Part shown: piece by piece, positions 1-13,219 of the stretch
Numbering within the stretch: the stretch's first letter is position 1
Layout of the letters: each line of letters opens with the position of its first letter
From: the human T2T-CHM13v2.0 reference genome, Homo sapiens
Assembly (NCBI RefSeq): GCF_009914755.1
Contig: NC_060928.1
DNA: 64,000 bases
Reading direction: 5' to 3' (one strand)
Position numbers and translations under genes: made by a program
Notes under the pieces: generated by a model
What the model saw: only the letters and a program-made list of their open reading frames with translations
Database searches by the model: none
What the model was told of the DNA's origin: nothing

Positions 1-479
1 GACAGATGTCTGTCAGAATTTTTGATATGCAATATACCAAAAAATTGAATGAACTTCACATTTTTTTTTATTTCTATTTACTGAAGTGCTTCTGTATTTC
101 TTGGTAGAAGTGAAATGGAAGAAGAGAATTATCTGTTTTGGAATAATAACTATTAGGGAGACATGAGTTATTCAGCACAGGTTCGTTTCCAGTTATAAGA
201 GAAATCTTGGTTTTCCTTAGTCAAGAAATGTGGAAACCATTTTTTTTCCTGTATTTTATCTTCTCTAGAGAGTTGCTTTGTAACACTAGTACACTAGTCT
301 CAAGGGGTGATAGCACTGAAAAGTGTGTCATTCTGTCCCTTTCTTTGAAAATACCATAGTGCCATTTAGTCATTGCACAAAGCATGGCAAATATTAATTA
401 AGCTCTGTTTATGTGTTGAGCACTGTAGATGAGTAAGATGAATTTTTATCTTATTGAACATCAATAATGAATAATATCG

Positions 480-603
480 AAACCTGAATTCCTGTTTCAA
501 CTTGACCTAAACAAAGCCTAGCTACCTAAACTTATTAGCCATAGAGCCATGGTATTTGTGCCTCAGTTTCCCCATTTGAAAAGTTGGGATAATGAGAATG
601 CCT
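480..603 (+). mobile_element. MIR fragment
   Basis: tgtgcctcagtttccccatttgaaaagttgggataatga MIR core. Confidence 0.6.
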
Positions 604-622
604 GCATTTAAATGTCTACTTA

Positions 623-924
<302 letters not shown>

Positions 925-1336
925 AGTCTACTCAGTTTTGTATGCAAAATTTCAGTACTTAATGAATGAATATTATACCAGATATAGTGCCTACCCTCAG
1001 GGAGATTCTATTTATATTTTTGTCTTTTCTAAAGTATGCTTTTTCATGGATTTGATGACAGGGAGGAAATGGAGAGCAAGAGTACAACAATTAAACTGTG
1101 TTTCATTGAGTTTGTATGTTGTGAGCATATGGTATTAGACAAACGGCAGGACTCTGCCACCTACCAAGGTTGACCTTGGTCAAATCCTTTAGTGTTTAGA
1201 CCCTCTTTACTCTTCTCTGATGGGAATAATAAATACAATATCACATTGTTATGCTGTTAATACTTCAATAATTAAATAAGGTGATTCATGTGAAAGCATT
1301 TTATTAAATTATAAAATGCTGTTCATATATAAAGTA

Positions 1337-1846
<510 letters not shown>

Positions 1847-4356
1847 TAGTATTGTGAGCTTTTGATTATGCAACTGGTTGTGATTAGGTAACTGGTTGTG
1901 ATTTTTTTATTACTTTCTTATTTTGCCTTTCTGCCATATCCCAACTGCCCAGCTGCCATGTGATAAGGGTACCCAAATGTATTTTAATAGTCTAAACCAA
2001 ATGTTACAAGGAAAATCATTCTTTTAACAATACTATTACATTGCAAGGAAAAAAATTGTTTATAAATTATTTAATATTTTATTACCATGTTATGTCCCCT
2101 ATAAGTGTCTTTTTTCTTATAGATTACAGAAATATGGGGGCATTATTGGATTGTAACATTCTGCATTGTAAATAGAAAATGTGTTCTATGATTTTTATAG
2201 TTTAAAAGAAAATAAAATTTAAACATTAAAATTGAATACAAGTTCATAGTTCTTAGTTATGGCATTAACAATTTTTGGCATGCAACAAATTTATTTCTCT
2301 CTATTTTGTGATGTAATTTTAAAAAACTTGGCAGTACATACCTATGCTCTCTGATCCATACCTTTTCTAATTAAACAATGCAATTCAAAGGTATTGCATA
2401 TGATTCAGAAATGGCTGAACAAATATCTTATTTTTTGAAACAATAACATGACTATATATTATATGTATTTTATAAACTCTTGGGAAATATAGAGGAAAAT
2501 TTACTAGTCATTTTTACCTATTTCTTTCTTTTATACAGAATAAAATTCTCCTTAGTTTGAATTTGTCATTTATTCTAACCACAGGATATAGCTTATGACA
2601 TTAAGTTTGAGAAAGGACAACAATGAAATCACTTTAAGGAAATATATAAACATATTTATAGAGGCTGAATGCACAGTAAAAATAGTTTGGAAATTAAAAA
2701 TGTAGAGAGAAAAGGAGACAAACTCGTTTCAAAAACGTTTGGAAATGAACAATAACAGCTATGCCAGAATTCAGGATATTGGACTAGACTAAAAAACAAG
2801 AGATCCTGAAAAAGGCCCTTGCACAGTTGTCATCATGCAATTCATTTATTTATTATCTCATTACAGAGAGGAGGGAAGGGAGTATTTTAGGCCTGTGTTT
2901 TTAGATCACTGCAGGCTGTTTTGTAGCAACAAATGTTTTTTGCCAATATAACCCACAATACCACCCATATACTTTTTCTTCTTTTGCTCTCCAGTTTTAT
3001 ATTTAATGGGTTAGAGATACAAATTGCTTATAAATTTTACTTTCTTCCCCACCCATTAAAATACACAGACATTATGCAGATAATGCATTGCAATATGATT
3101 TTATATAGTGAATGCAGATTCTATTTCACCACTTTTTCTTTTTACCACATGCTTAAAATATCAAGAAGCAAAATTGTTCAATGTTATTTGGATTATGTAT
3201 TTAATTCAAGAGCTATTCACTGAGTATTTATTATGTGGTTGTGCAAGATACAGTAGTGTGCTTGTTTCTTGTATTCATGTAATTTGATTATTTATTCAGT
3301 GAAGGGAAGCTTCTAGAATCAGAATTAAATGATAGGTAATGACTGGCCAATCCTTAGTGTTACCAAGCTTTTCAATGACAAATTATGTTGTCTTGCCGGT
3401 TTTTGTTATGGGAATATGATTTGTGTGCGCTTGTTTCAACTTAAATTATAGGACTGTTTTACTTCAGTCTTGAAAATATCAAATAAATGATAAATGAGCT
3501 ACAGCCAGTCATGACATGGGCAAGATCATAATAATTTTCTCCAAAGCACAACAGCCTAATAAATCTTCATTTTGAGTAACCAGCAATCAACAGAGGCAAG
3601 CTTTACTTATTCTACAGCTTATGCCAATTTCTCTGATATTAAACAGGACCAGAGAATCAAAATCAAAATTTTACCAAATGGCAGTTGAGTTAATAGAGGT
3701 TAAAGCTCTTCAAAAAATAAAAATTTCCATCAAAGTGTAGGATAATATTTGAAGAATATAACAGATACCATTGCCAATACTTTTTTGTTACATAGCCTGT
3801 CTTCTCATTAAGTATTTGTTGAAGAGAGAAATAAAACTCACAAAGAAGTTAAGATATTTCCACTCAAAAATAAGATTGTCTATGAGTTTTATGTTAAAAA
3901 AGACTAAAGTTCCATGAACGAGCATTTTTGTATTTTAGAATGTAAGTCTCTGTCTCTGTATTTATCAGGAAGATATTGCTATCTAAGGCTATTTCAAGGA
4001 ACCAAATTAGTTCTGAAAACTTCTTTGTAGGCTAGTTGTTGACAAATGTCAACTTTCATATGACTTTCTATCCCCAACCTCAGCCTTCGTTATAATGTCT
4101 ATACTTTGGAGACTATCGATTATGCAATTTGTTAAGGTGCTTAGTTGTCAGTCTGAATATAGGTTTGTGATTATTCTGGTATAAGCATGAAGTGCATCTC
4201 AGATAAGGCTTGAGATGCCTGTATTAGCCTATTCGAGACATACAGTCCAGTAAACCCTGGAGTTACTCAATAAAGATTGAGGATGATGATAAATATGACA
4301 GTATAATGGAGTTTTTAAAAGCATCCAAGAAATATTGTTAAAAATAATATTTGTAG

Positions 4357-4525
4357 AGAGGGAGGGAGGGGGGTGAGGGTTGAAAAACTTACTGTTAGAT
4401 ACTGTGCTCACTACCTGGGTGATGGGATCAGTCATACTCCAAACCTCAGTATCACATTATATATCCATGTAACAAACCTGTACATGTACCCCCGATGCCA
4501 AAATAAAAGTTGAAACTATTTAAAA
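4357..4525 (+). mobile_element. L1MA/L1PB 3' end fragment
   Basis: G-rich stretch, tacctgggtgatggg, gtaacaaacctgtacatgtacccc, aataaaa. Confidence 0.75.
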
Positions 4526-5922
4526 CATAATAATATTTATTAATTAGCGAGATGAAGGATCTAAAATTTGATAACCTTATTTGCAACTTTCTAAGCAGAA
4601 CTTTTGATATATGCCAGTTTTTCCTTGGTGAGATTGAGGAATATCACCACTCAATATCACTTTGCAACATGATATTGAGGCTTCAAAAAAGTCGTTGGAG
4701 AGAAACGAGTATGGTTTTGACAATAACTGGAGACACTCAAGCTTAGATCAAGTATAAAGATATCACCCAAATGTAATTATGCCAAACAGTATTTCTCACT
4801 TGTTTTTGAAACCTTACTAGCATTTTAAATTTATTTATTGTGCATATCTCAGTTCATCTCTTCCACTGAAATTGCTTTAGTTTTACATCACTTGAAATCT
4901 GTGATTTTTTAAAGTTTGTGTTGTGAACTCGTTCTTCCCTGACATTCTCCTCTTTTTTCTCATTGGTCCCTTTTTCCATGTTAGAATATAGCAAATTGTC
5001 TCTGTGAAACAAAATATTTATAAGATAAAGAGATGCTGCTTGATGAGTTTGTGAATACGTTAACAATTTTCCAAAATTTTTACTGACTTGTATTGGTCAG
5101 TACCTTAAAAATAATTATGGAATTTAATTTGAAATGTATAAACATAACATGTTTGAGGATCTCTATTTTTATAAGTGTATGTTGACTCTGTTAAGAATTT
5201 CAGAAAAGACCAGAGCCAGTGGCTCATTATTTTTCTAAACCTTCTGATAATGTATTTTTCTGAAGCACAGTATTTTTCCACAGTAATATCAAATACTAAT
5301 GAGCGGGAGGGAGAAAACTTTCTTCAATAAGGATTCCAAATCAATTTATTTAGGGTAAGATCATTCAACATTAATGTGTAGTCTCATGAGGTGCATTTCT
5401 CATAAGACTGACAAGCTACAGGAAATCTTAGGCCTTAGGAAATGAGTTGCCGAGTAGTTCCTTCTGAACAAATTCTTTGAAATGCATAGAAAGCACAACT
5501 ATTATGTGAAATAGTGGTATAAACTATAATATTTATAAGTGAGACTAGTCAAACTATTTGAAAGCTTTCTTTGTATAATTGCCGACCTGCCTTTCCAATG
5601 GAAATATTGGTGTTCTTATTATGAATATTGCATTTCCTGTGTCTGTAATTTGGAATGGTGTGTTTATTTAATCATAGTTTGATTAATTTTTGCCCTTTTT
5701 CTCAAAGTTTACATTTTAAAGCATATAATATGATTATTTTTAAATAACTGTATTAGAGAGATGGGTTTTATTAAAACATATAATGTTCAATAAAGCAAGT
5801 ATGAGTGAAATAAATTATTTACTTTCAGTTTGGAAGAGGTGAATAAAAAGTGCTTGGCCAATACCGTACCATTAATCTATTCTCTTTTCTCCTTTCTCTC
5901 TTTACTTCTCTCTCTCCAATAG

Positions 5923-5937
5923 AAGTGGAACAAAAAG
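5923..5937 (+). CDS. ADGRL3: ADGRL3 15-nt alternatively spliced microexon (KVEQK insert between lectin and olfactomedin domains)
   Basis: Long CT-rich tract 5881-5917, acceptor AG 5921-5922, exon AAGTGGAACAAAAAG, donor GTAATT at 5938. In phase 1 it reads (A)AA GTG GAA CAA AAA G(TT) = KVEQK-V and joins VFLCPG of the next exon, matching the known latrophilin splice-site-A insert. Confidence 0.93.
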
Positions 5938-6832
5938 GTAATTAAATACCTTTCATAAATTATATACTATTTATAGGCTAAGTTATTTAACAGTTTAACA
6001 TTTAGTTAAAATAATTTTGTTATTAATTCTTATCTATTTTATGAAAATTTATTTACTACTTCTGCTGCTCAACTTCACTTTAATCTGTATTACTGACAAG
6101 AGTCACTTTCTTTTATCTAAGAAGAGTTTAGTAGTATAAAATTTTCAACAGTGTATTTTATTCCCCTTTATTTTTGAGTAGTTAGAAATCCAACTCATGG
6201 TGATGAATAGTGGTTGCTTTAATTTGTTTTTATTTCTATGCTAGTTAATTTTTCATAGCTCTGGCATGGTTTCCCTATTCCATTAATTTTTAACTATTTT
6301 GGGGAAAAGGGAAAAAGTTTTTCGAACCACCTAAAGTAAGTTACTTTAGTCATCAAGGATGGTTATTTAGCATAAAGCTTATATACAATTTTGATAACAA
6401 TGGATACTTATCCTTTATAATTATAGCAAGCATATGAAATTCTTACAATCAATATTATTATGGATTGTATATTGATGATGGCCCTCTATCCTTTCTATGG
6501 AAGATTTTGGTAGTTAGCCTGTTCCCAAACTTGTTATTTCTCTAAAAGTAAAACTTTGGGCATTTTAGTAATGTACTTTTCTTTTTGATAATCTCCAAAA
6601 CCTACCTGAGTTTCATCTTAGATTGTTTTCCATTGCATCTATGCTTATAGTTACTGTTTAAAAGCTAATCACTAATGCCAAAATAATAATACTTTAATCA
6701 TTAAAAAAGGGTCAATATCCAAATTACTGTGATTTTCTAATTTTTTCACCCAGTACACTTCTAATCATTCCAAACATAACAGTAGACTGCATGATTATTT
6801 TTCAGTGTGTTTGCTTTGCAAATATATTAGAG

Positions 6833-7111
6833 CAGTGTTTCCCATGGTAGGTTCAGCAGAATTCTATACTCCAAAGAAGCTCTATGATAAAGGTGCCATG
6901 ATCCAATTAGTGTGTGAAATTTGCTCACCCTTCCCACTTCTGCCTTGGAGATTCACGAATGTACTTAAGCAATTAGAATCTCTGCCACAATTATATGTAA
7001 TATAACATTTCTTACACACATGTGGCTAAGGATCCCTTTTTCCTTTCTGTGTAACATCTAGCTATGCCACTTGAAACATGTGATTCAAGGACCACCCTTT
7101 GGGAAACATTG
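6833..7111. mobile_element. hAT-Charlie type MITE
   Basis: TIRs CAGTGTTTCCCA ... TGGGAAACATTG. Confidence 0.6.
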
Positions 7112-8054
7112 CTTTATAGCCCCTTCACTACAGATGAATCAGCCAGGCTTTCTTACCACCATTCACATGATATGCTACTGAATCATACTAAAAATCAAGT
7201 GAATCAGATGATTCTTGGCCATTTTCATCCTGAAGTATGAGCAGCAAAATATTATAGCAAGTAATCTTGGGTTTTAATGCTCTTCTCATGTAACAGTAAA
7301 AGGTACATGTTTTTAAGTTCCAATACTACTGTATTTAACAGGACATTTTTAACTGATTAAAATCTAGATCTTGGGTTCTTTTCTGTAACCTTTCACCTTT
7401 TCTTCTTTCCTTATTCCTTCTTTCCTTTCTTTTTCTTCCTTTCTCTTTTCCTTCCAGTATCCATCCATCACTCATTTTTAATTGTGTGGGTTGCATGCTC
7501 TGTGTGTGTTGTAGCAACGTTGAGAGCTTTTTTGCTAAAAGATTCAGTGGCCTGTATTACAGGGCTTTTCTTTTTCCTTTATCAAAAAATTACTATGAGA
7601 TATTCATCTGTTTCTTAATGATAACTACTGAATGGTGAATTTCATCAGAATGGAAACAATATTTTTGTTTCAAAATATGTTCTTCAATGAACTATTAAAA
7701 GTATTGTGTGTAAACATTTGTATTTCTTATATGTCTATAGAATACATAGACATATGTTACATCTGATATATATTTCCAAAAATATTGTAGCATATTTACA
7801 AAGGTAACAATCACAGGAATGCACAGCTACTCACAAAAAGGCTAGATATTTTTCAGTTATCAAAATCAAAATGATTTTGAAATGAAGCCAAAATTAATGT
7901 GGAAGAATACTTTGTGTTCTTAAAAGAATGCAGCAAAATAAGTGATGGTGGGTATCTCTTGTTAGAGTTGCATTCCATTTGGTGAAAAATAAGACTATAT
8001 AACAAAATATGAAATTAATATATTTATTTATTTTAACTGTTTCCCTTCCAACAG

Positions 8055-8855
8055 TTTTTCTTTGTCCTGGACTACTAAAAGGAGTATACCAGAGTGAACA
8101 TTTGTTTGAGTCCGACCACCAATCTGGGGCGTGGTGCAAAGACCCTCTGCAGGCATCTGACAAGATTTATTATATGCCCTGGACTCCCTACAGAACTGAT
8201 ACCCTGACTGAGTATTCATCCAAGGATGACTTCATTGCTGGAAGACCAACTACAACCTACAAGCTCCCTCATAGGGTGGATGGCACAGGATTTGTAGTGT
8301 ATGATGGAGCTTTGTTCTTCAACAAAGAGCGCACCAGGAACATAGTAAAGTTTGATTTGCGGACTAGGATAAAGAGTGGAGAGGCTATCATAGCAAATGC
8401 CAATTACCATGATACCTCCCCTTACCGATGGGGAGGCAAATCTGACATAGACCTGGCAGTAGATGAGAATGGGCTATGGGTAATCTATGCAACAGAACAA
8501 AACAATGGTAAAATTGTCATTAGTCAATTGAACCCTTACACCCTACGGATCGAAGGAACATGGGATACTGCATATGATAAAAGGTCAGCTTCCAATGCCT
8601 TTATGATTTGTGGAATTCTGTATGTGGTCAAATCTGTATATGAGGATGATGACAATGAGGCTACTGGAAATAAGATTGACTACATTTACAACACTGACCA
8701 AAGCAAGGATAGTTTGGTGGATGTACCCTTTCCTAATTCATACCAGTACATTGCAGCTGTGGATTACAACCCCAGGGACAACCTACTTTATGTATGGAAT
8801 AACTATCACGTCGTGAAATATTCTTTGGATTTTGGACCTCTGGATAGTAGATCAG
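8055..8855 (+). CDS. ADGRL3: ADGRL3 olfactomedin-domain exon (801 nt, phase 1-1)
   Basis: ORF 8009-8935 contains [33 protein letters not shown]...[21 protein letters not shown]...[12 protein letters not shown], recognised as latrophilin-3 OLF. Acceptor ttcccttccaacAG ends at 8054; donor GTAAGT starts at 8856. Confidence 0.97.
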
Positions 8856-9016
8856 GTAAGTTCAACCTTTTATGGTACTCTTTGGGGAAATATTTACTGT
8901 TTGTTCTCAGCAAGTTCATTTTATGTTTTTATTAAACTTTATTTGTGGTATTCTGGCCTGTGTACCTGAAAATTGTTCTTTGTCTTTGCATCTAAAGAAG
9001 GTTGCTGCTGATCACT

Positions 9017-9166
9017 TTCAGCTATAAAAATGTGTAACTACAAGAAGTAGACTCTCCTTTGTTCTGCTCAACTCCAGTCTTCAGCTCTTCTTCTTTGAAG
9101 GGTGTTTGTTATTTTCAACAGGTTAGTTCTTTGTGTAGTGAACTGCACAAAACCATTGCTAAAATA
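9017..9166 (+). repeat. 150-bp local duplication, copy 1 (copy 2 at 10107-10256)
   Basis: Ungapped manual alignment, 130/150 identical. Confidence 0.9.
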
Positions 9167-9618
9167 GAACAGCCCGTCTAAACAGCCTGTCTAATTAATT
9201 GTGAAATGCCCACAGAAGTGCTGTCTACTTGGAACTTGTCAAAGGGTTAACTTGATATTATGTTTCAGGAGCCCGCACCAATGTAGTCATCTCACAGAGT
9301 GCATCATATCTGACCTCCCATTTTGGGAAGGTTGTCAGTTTGAGTCTGTCTGTTCTGAATTAACTTAATTTGTATGTTGAGAAAAATGTTCATAACTGAT
9401 AAGTACAGTAAAAATATACCTCAATTTGTATAAGACATTGCAATTTTTTATAGAGTTTTAATTGTAATTCTTTAAAAGTGCCCCTTTTCCATTGAAAACA
9501 TACCATTTCCTTTTAATGTTGTTTAAAGACAATCATAAATACCTTTAATTTTTTTTTCATTTTTATGTACTCAACTGAACACCATTCTCTTAAAGGTTAA
9601 AATTTTTAGCTAGTGTGT

Positions 9619-9998
9619 TATGTTAGTCCATTCTCACACTGCTGTAAAGATATAAACAAGACTGGGTAATTTATAAAAGAAAGAGGTTTAATTGACTCAC
9701 AGTTCCACATGGCTAAGGAAGCCTCAGGAAACTTACAATCATAGCAGAAGGTGAGAGAGAAGCAAAGGCATGTCTTACAAGGCAGCAGGCAAAAGAGAAT
9801 GAACAAGTGAAAGGGGAAGAGTCCCTTATAAAGCCATCAGATTTCATGAGAACTTACTCACTATCACAAGAACAGCACAGGGGAGACTGCCCCCATGATC
9901 CAATCACCTCCCACCAGGTCCTGCCCTCCACATGTGGGGATATGGGGATTACAATTCAAGATGAGATTTGGGTAGGGACCCAGAGTCAAACCATATCA
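9619..9998 (-). mobile_element. THE1D-type MaLR solo LTR
   Basis: ttagtccattctcacactgct...gcctcaggaaacttacaatc...gatgagatttgggtagggac...ccatatca. Confidence 0.88.
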
Positions 9999-10106
9999 AC
10001 TAGCCATAACAGTCTTCTCCAAGATAAAGTATAATGGAAAACTAAGATAGAGGTGTCTGAATTTTGATGGTAATATAGCAATTCGAAAATTAAATTATTT
10101 TTGCCG

Positions 10107-10256
10107 TTCAGCTGTAAAAATGTATAACTACAAGAAATTGACTCTCCTTTGTTTTGCTCAACTCCAATTTTTAGCCCTCCTTCTTTGAAGGGCATTTAAC
10201 ATTTTCAGCAGGTTAGTTCTTTATATAGTGAAGTGCACAAAACCTTTGCTAAAATA
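10107..10256 (+). repeat. 150-bp local duplication, copy 2
   Basis: Aligns without gaps to 9017-9166. Confidence 0.9.
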
Positions 10257-11140
10257 AAGTGCAATCCTGTTAATATTTCTTATTTTCTGCATTATGTTTC
10301 AAATTACTCTTTTATTAGCATGACATTCTTCTAACTTAGTCTAGTATATGCATATCTTTTTACTGAAGTAGATTCTAAGTTTTTTATGGCCAATGGCCTT
10401 GTCTTACTCTTTCTTTTGTTGTATTTTTCTCTTAACATTATTTGTCTTCTCTGACTCTAGTGTAATACATCGCATATATATAATAAGGCTCAATCACTCT
10501 TGTGGAATGAATGAATGAATGAATGGCTTTTCACTTCTTATTCAGATAGGATGACAAATTAGGTAGTATTTTCTCTAATCATGGAGAGGCTTCAGTCAGA
10601 GTGACAGCACTTGTTTCCACAATCAGCAATGCTGATATTACGTTGAATTGGCTTTTACGGAAAGAAAAGACTAAATATGCAATAGCAACAAAAGCAATTT
10701 CTCCTAAGTCCTCAACAAAATCTCCTAGACCAACTCTATTGTCTGACTCACCGCTGTACAGGTAAGGTTTTTTGTTTGTTTTTTTAACCCACTGCATTCT
10801 ACAGTTTAAAACCTGATCAATAATCCATTATCTAGAATATTCTGAGAAGACACTCCTTTCATAGCTGTGATATTCTTAAACTAAAATTTATGTTTGGTTA
10901 GTGAAAACTTTGTTATGGATGGTTCTTAGCCTTTTTTGACTCTTAACTGGAACAAGAAATGATTTCTAATATCTCAAAGGAATAATAAATAATAACTTAT
11001 TTTTTTAGGTAATCAGTGAATAAGAGGCAATAACATAATTCAAATTTCATTTATTTAAAAGAGCATACCTTATTTTTATTTAGAATAATAGATAGGTTAA
11101 AATTAATTACAATTTCAAGTTCTGATTTGATAAACTAAAG

Positions 11141-11242
11141 CAAGTTCTTAACTCAGTTTTATTAAGTTGTCTTTAACGAATAAGATGGTACCAAGTTCTT
11201 AACTCAGTTTTATTAAGTTGTCTTTAACGAATAAGATGGTAC
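11141..11242 (+). repeat. Perfect 51-bp tandem duplication
   Basis: CAAGTTCTTAACTCAGTTTTATTAAGTTGTCTTTAACGAATAAGATGGTAC occurs twice, head to tail. Confidence 0.97.
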
Positions 11243-11672
11243 CATAATCCCATGTGTTTAAAAACTTGCCAAAAATATTTTTAGCATACATACAATTTTA
11301 GCATATAATAAACATATGAATATACTCATACACATATATGACTATATGCTTTTTGTACTATACATATATGTATAAATGTATAGTCATATGTGTATTAGTA
11401 TACATATTCATATGGTTATTGTTATATGTTTATATATTCATATAGTCATGTATCCCCCTCCATATGTATGTACATATCCCCCTCCATATGTATGTATGTA
11501 CATACATATGGGGGGGTAAGAGAATGAATCATTGTAATTGTGAACATAAGGAAAATTATACCTTCATTTAATTTTTAAAAATGTATTTGCTTGTCTGTTT
11601 ATGGGAGTTAAAACATGGTCCATCTCACCCTCACGTACTAGTGCCGATATTTGTTAAAAGGATGCTATTGAA

Positions 11673-12021
<349 letters not shown>

Positions 12022-12744
12022 TCAGCTTTTAAAATGAATTCGTAACTTAAGTCAGGAGATTGAATTTCATTCCTTTTGAACAACGACAATTAAGACTTTG
12101 TCTGTTTTACAAATAGTGAAATTTCACCTGTTAAATTTGTCAGTATAATCACAAAAAACTATCAATTTTCATGCATGAATGCTCAAATTGAAAAGCTAGT
12201 GCTTTAGCATGGACTTATTGCAGTTTAGAGGTGGAAAGAATATGTATAGAAATAAATTGCATGCATGATATGTGCTGATAGGAAAATTTCAATTAACGTT
12301 AATAGAGGCTGTTTATCTTATTTCACACAAACAGTTTCAGCTGGGTATTTTTCTTTAGTAAATTACATTGACTTTTTTTTTTTTCCCCAAAGAAATTGCC
12401 TTTAGTGAATTCTTATTACCATTTTATTTTGGGTCCTATGTGTCTATGTACAGAAACCCTCAACTTATTACAAATATGTTAGAGTCAAAAACTAATCCTA
12501 AATCTGTAGACCCAAAGTGTATTTGTCGTTACCATCTGTTGGTAGCAGGCTGAGTCTTTTTGCCATGATTTTAACTGTATTCCAATCAATGAAAAATCAT
12601 TCTTTTGAAGATTTTTATATAAAGGGGTATCTATGTTTTATGTCTCCTGTAAAAAGATCTGGTGTTGAAAAATAAAAGGCAAATATACTTCTCTTGGGTA
12701 TATAAAGATCCTCTGGTGACACTTGGTGATGGTTACACATAGGT

Positions 12745-12945
12745 AGCATAGGCTTCTGAACATGAGCTTGGGAGTCAGAAGGACGTGGGTTTGAATTCTC
12801 TCTATCTCTTGTTTGACTATGGGCAGGTTGTTCAGTCTTCAGTCTCGATTTCCTCAGACTATAAAATGGAAAAAATAACTCCAACCTCAGAAGATTATTG
12901 TTATATTTTAATGAGAAAATATATGTAATAGGCACAATACAGTAA
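12745..12945 (+). mobile_element. MIR
   Basis: ggagtcagaaggacgtgggtttgaattc...tttcctcagactataaaatgga. Confidence 0.7.
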
Positions 12946-13219
12946 CAACCTAATAGATTTGCAGTAACCCTACAAGGACCATTTTTATCCACATTTTCTA
13001 AATGAAGGCCCTTTTAAAGCACTGCAGCTCATATAACTTATTCCAAAATTGTCCAGATGTTAGCACCAGGCACCCTCTAGATACAAACATCACTTGTAGT
13101 TCGTATTACAAGTTAATCACGATGTATTTGTACTCTAAAAATTGTATCTACTCTTCAACCATGAAATCAAATGATTTGTTTTTATAAGGGTCTTTTTTTT
13201 TAGTCTTTTTATCATTCCA

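Noticed and set aside
8009-8935. 308-aa ORF as a complete single-exon gene
   Set aside because: Canonical splice sites at 8054/8055 and 8855/8856 and identity to the internal ADGRL3 OLF region. The extensions are kept only as isoform hypotheses.
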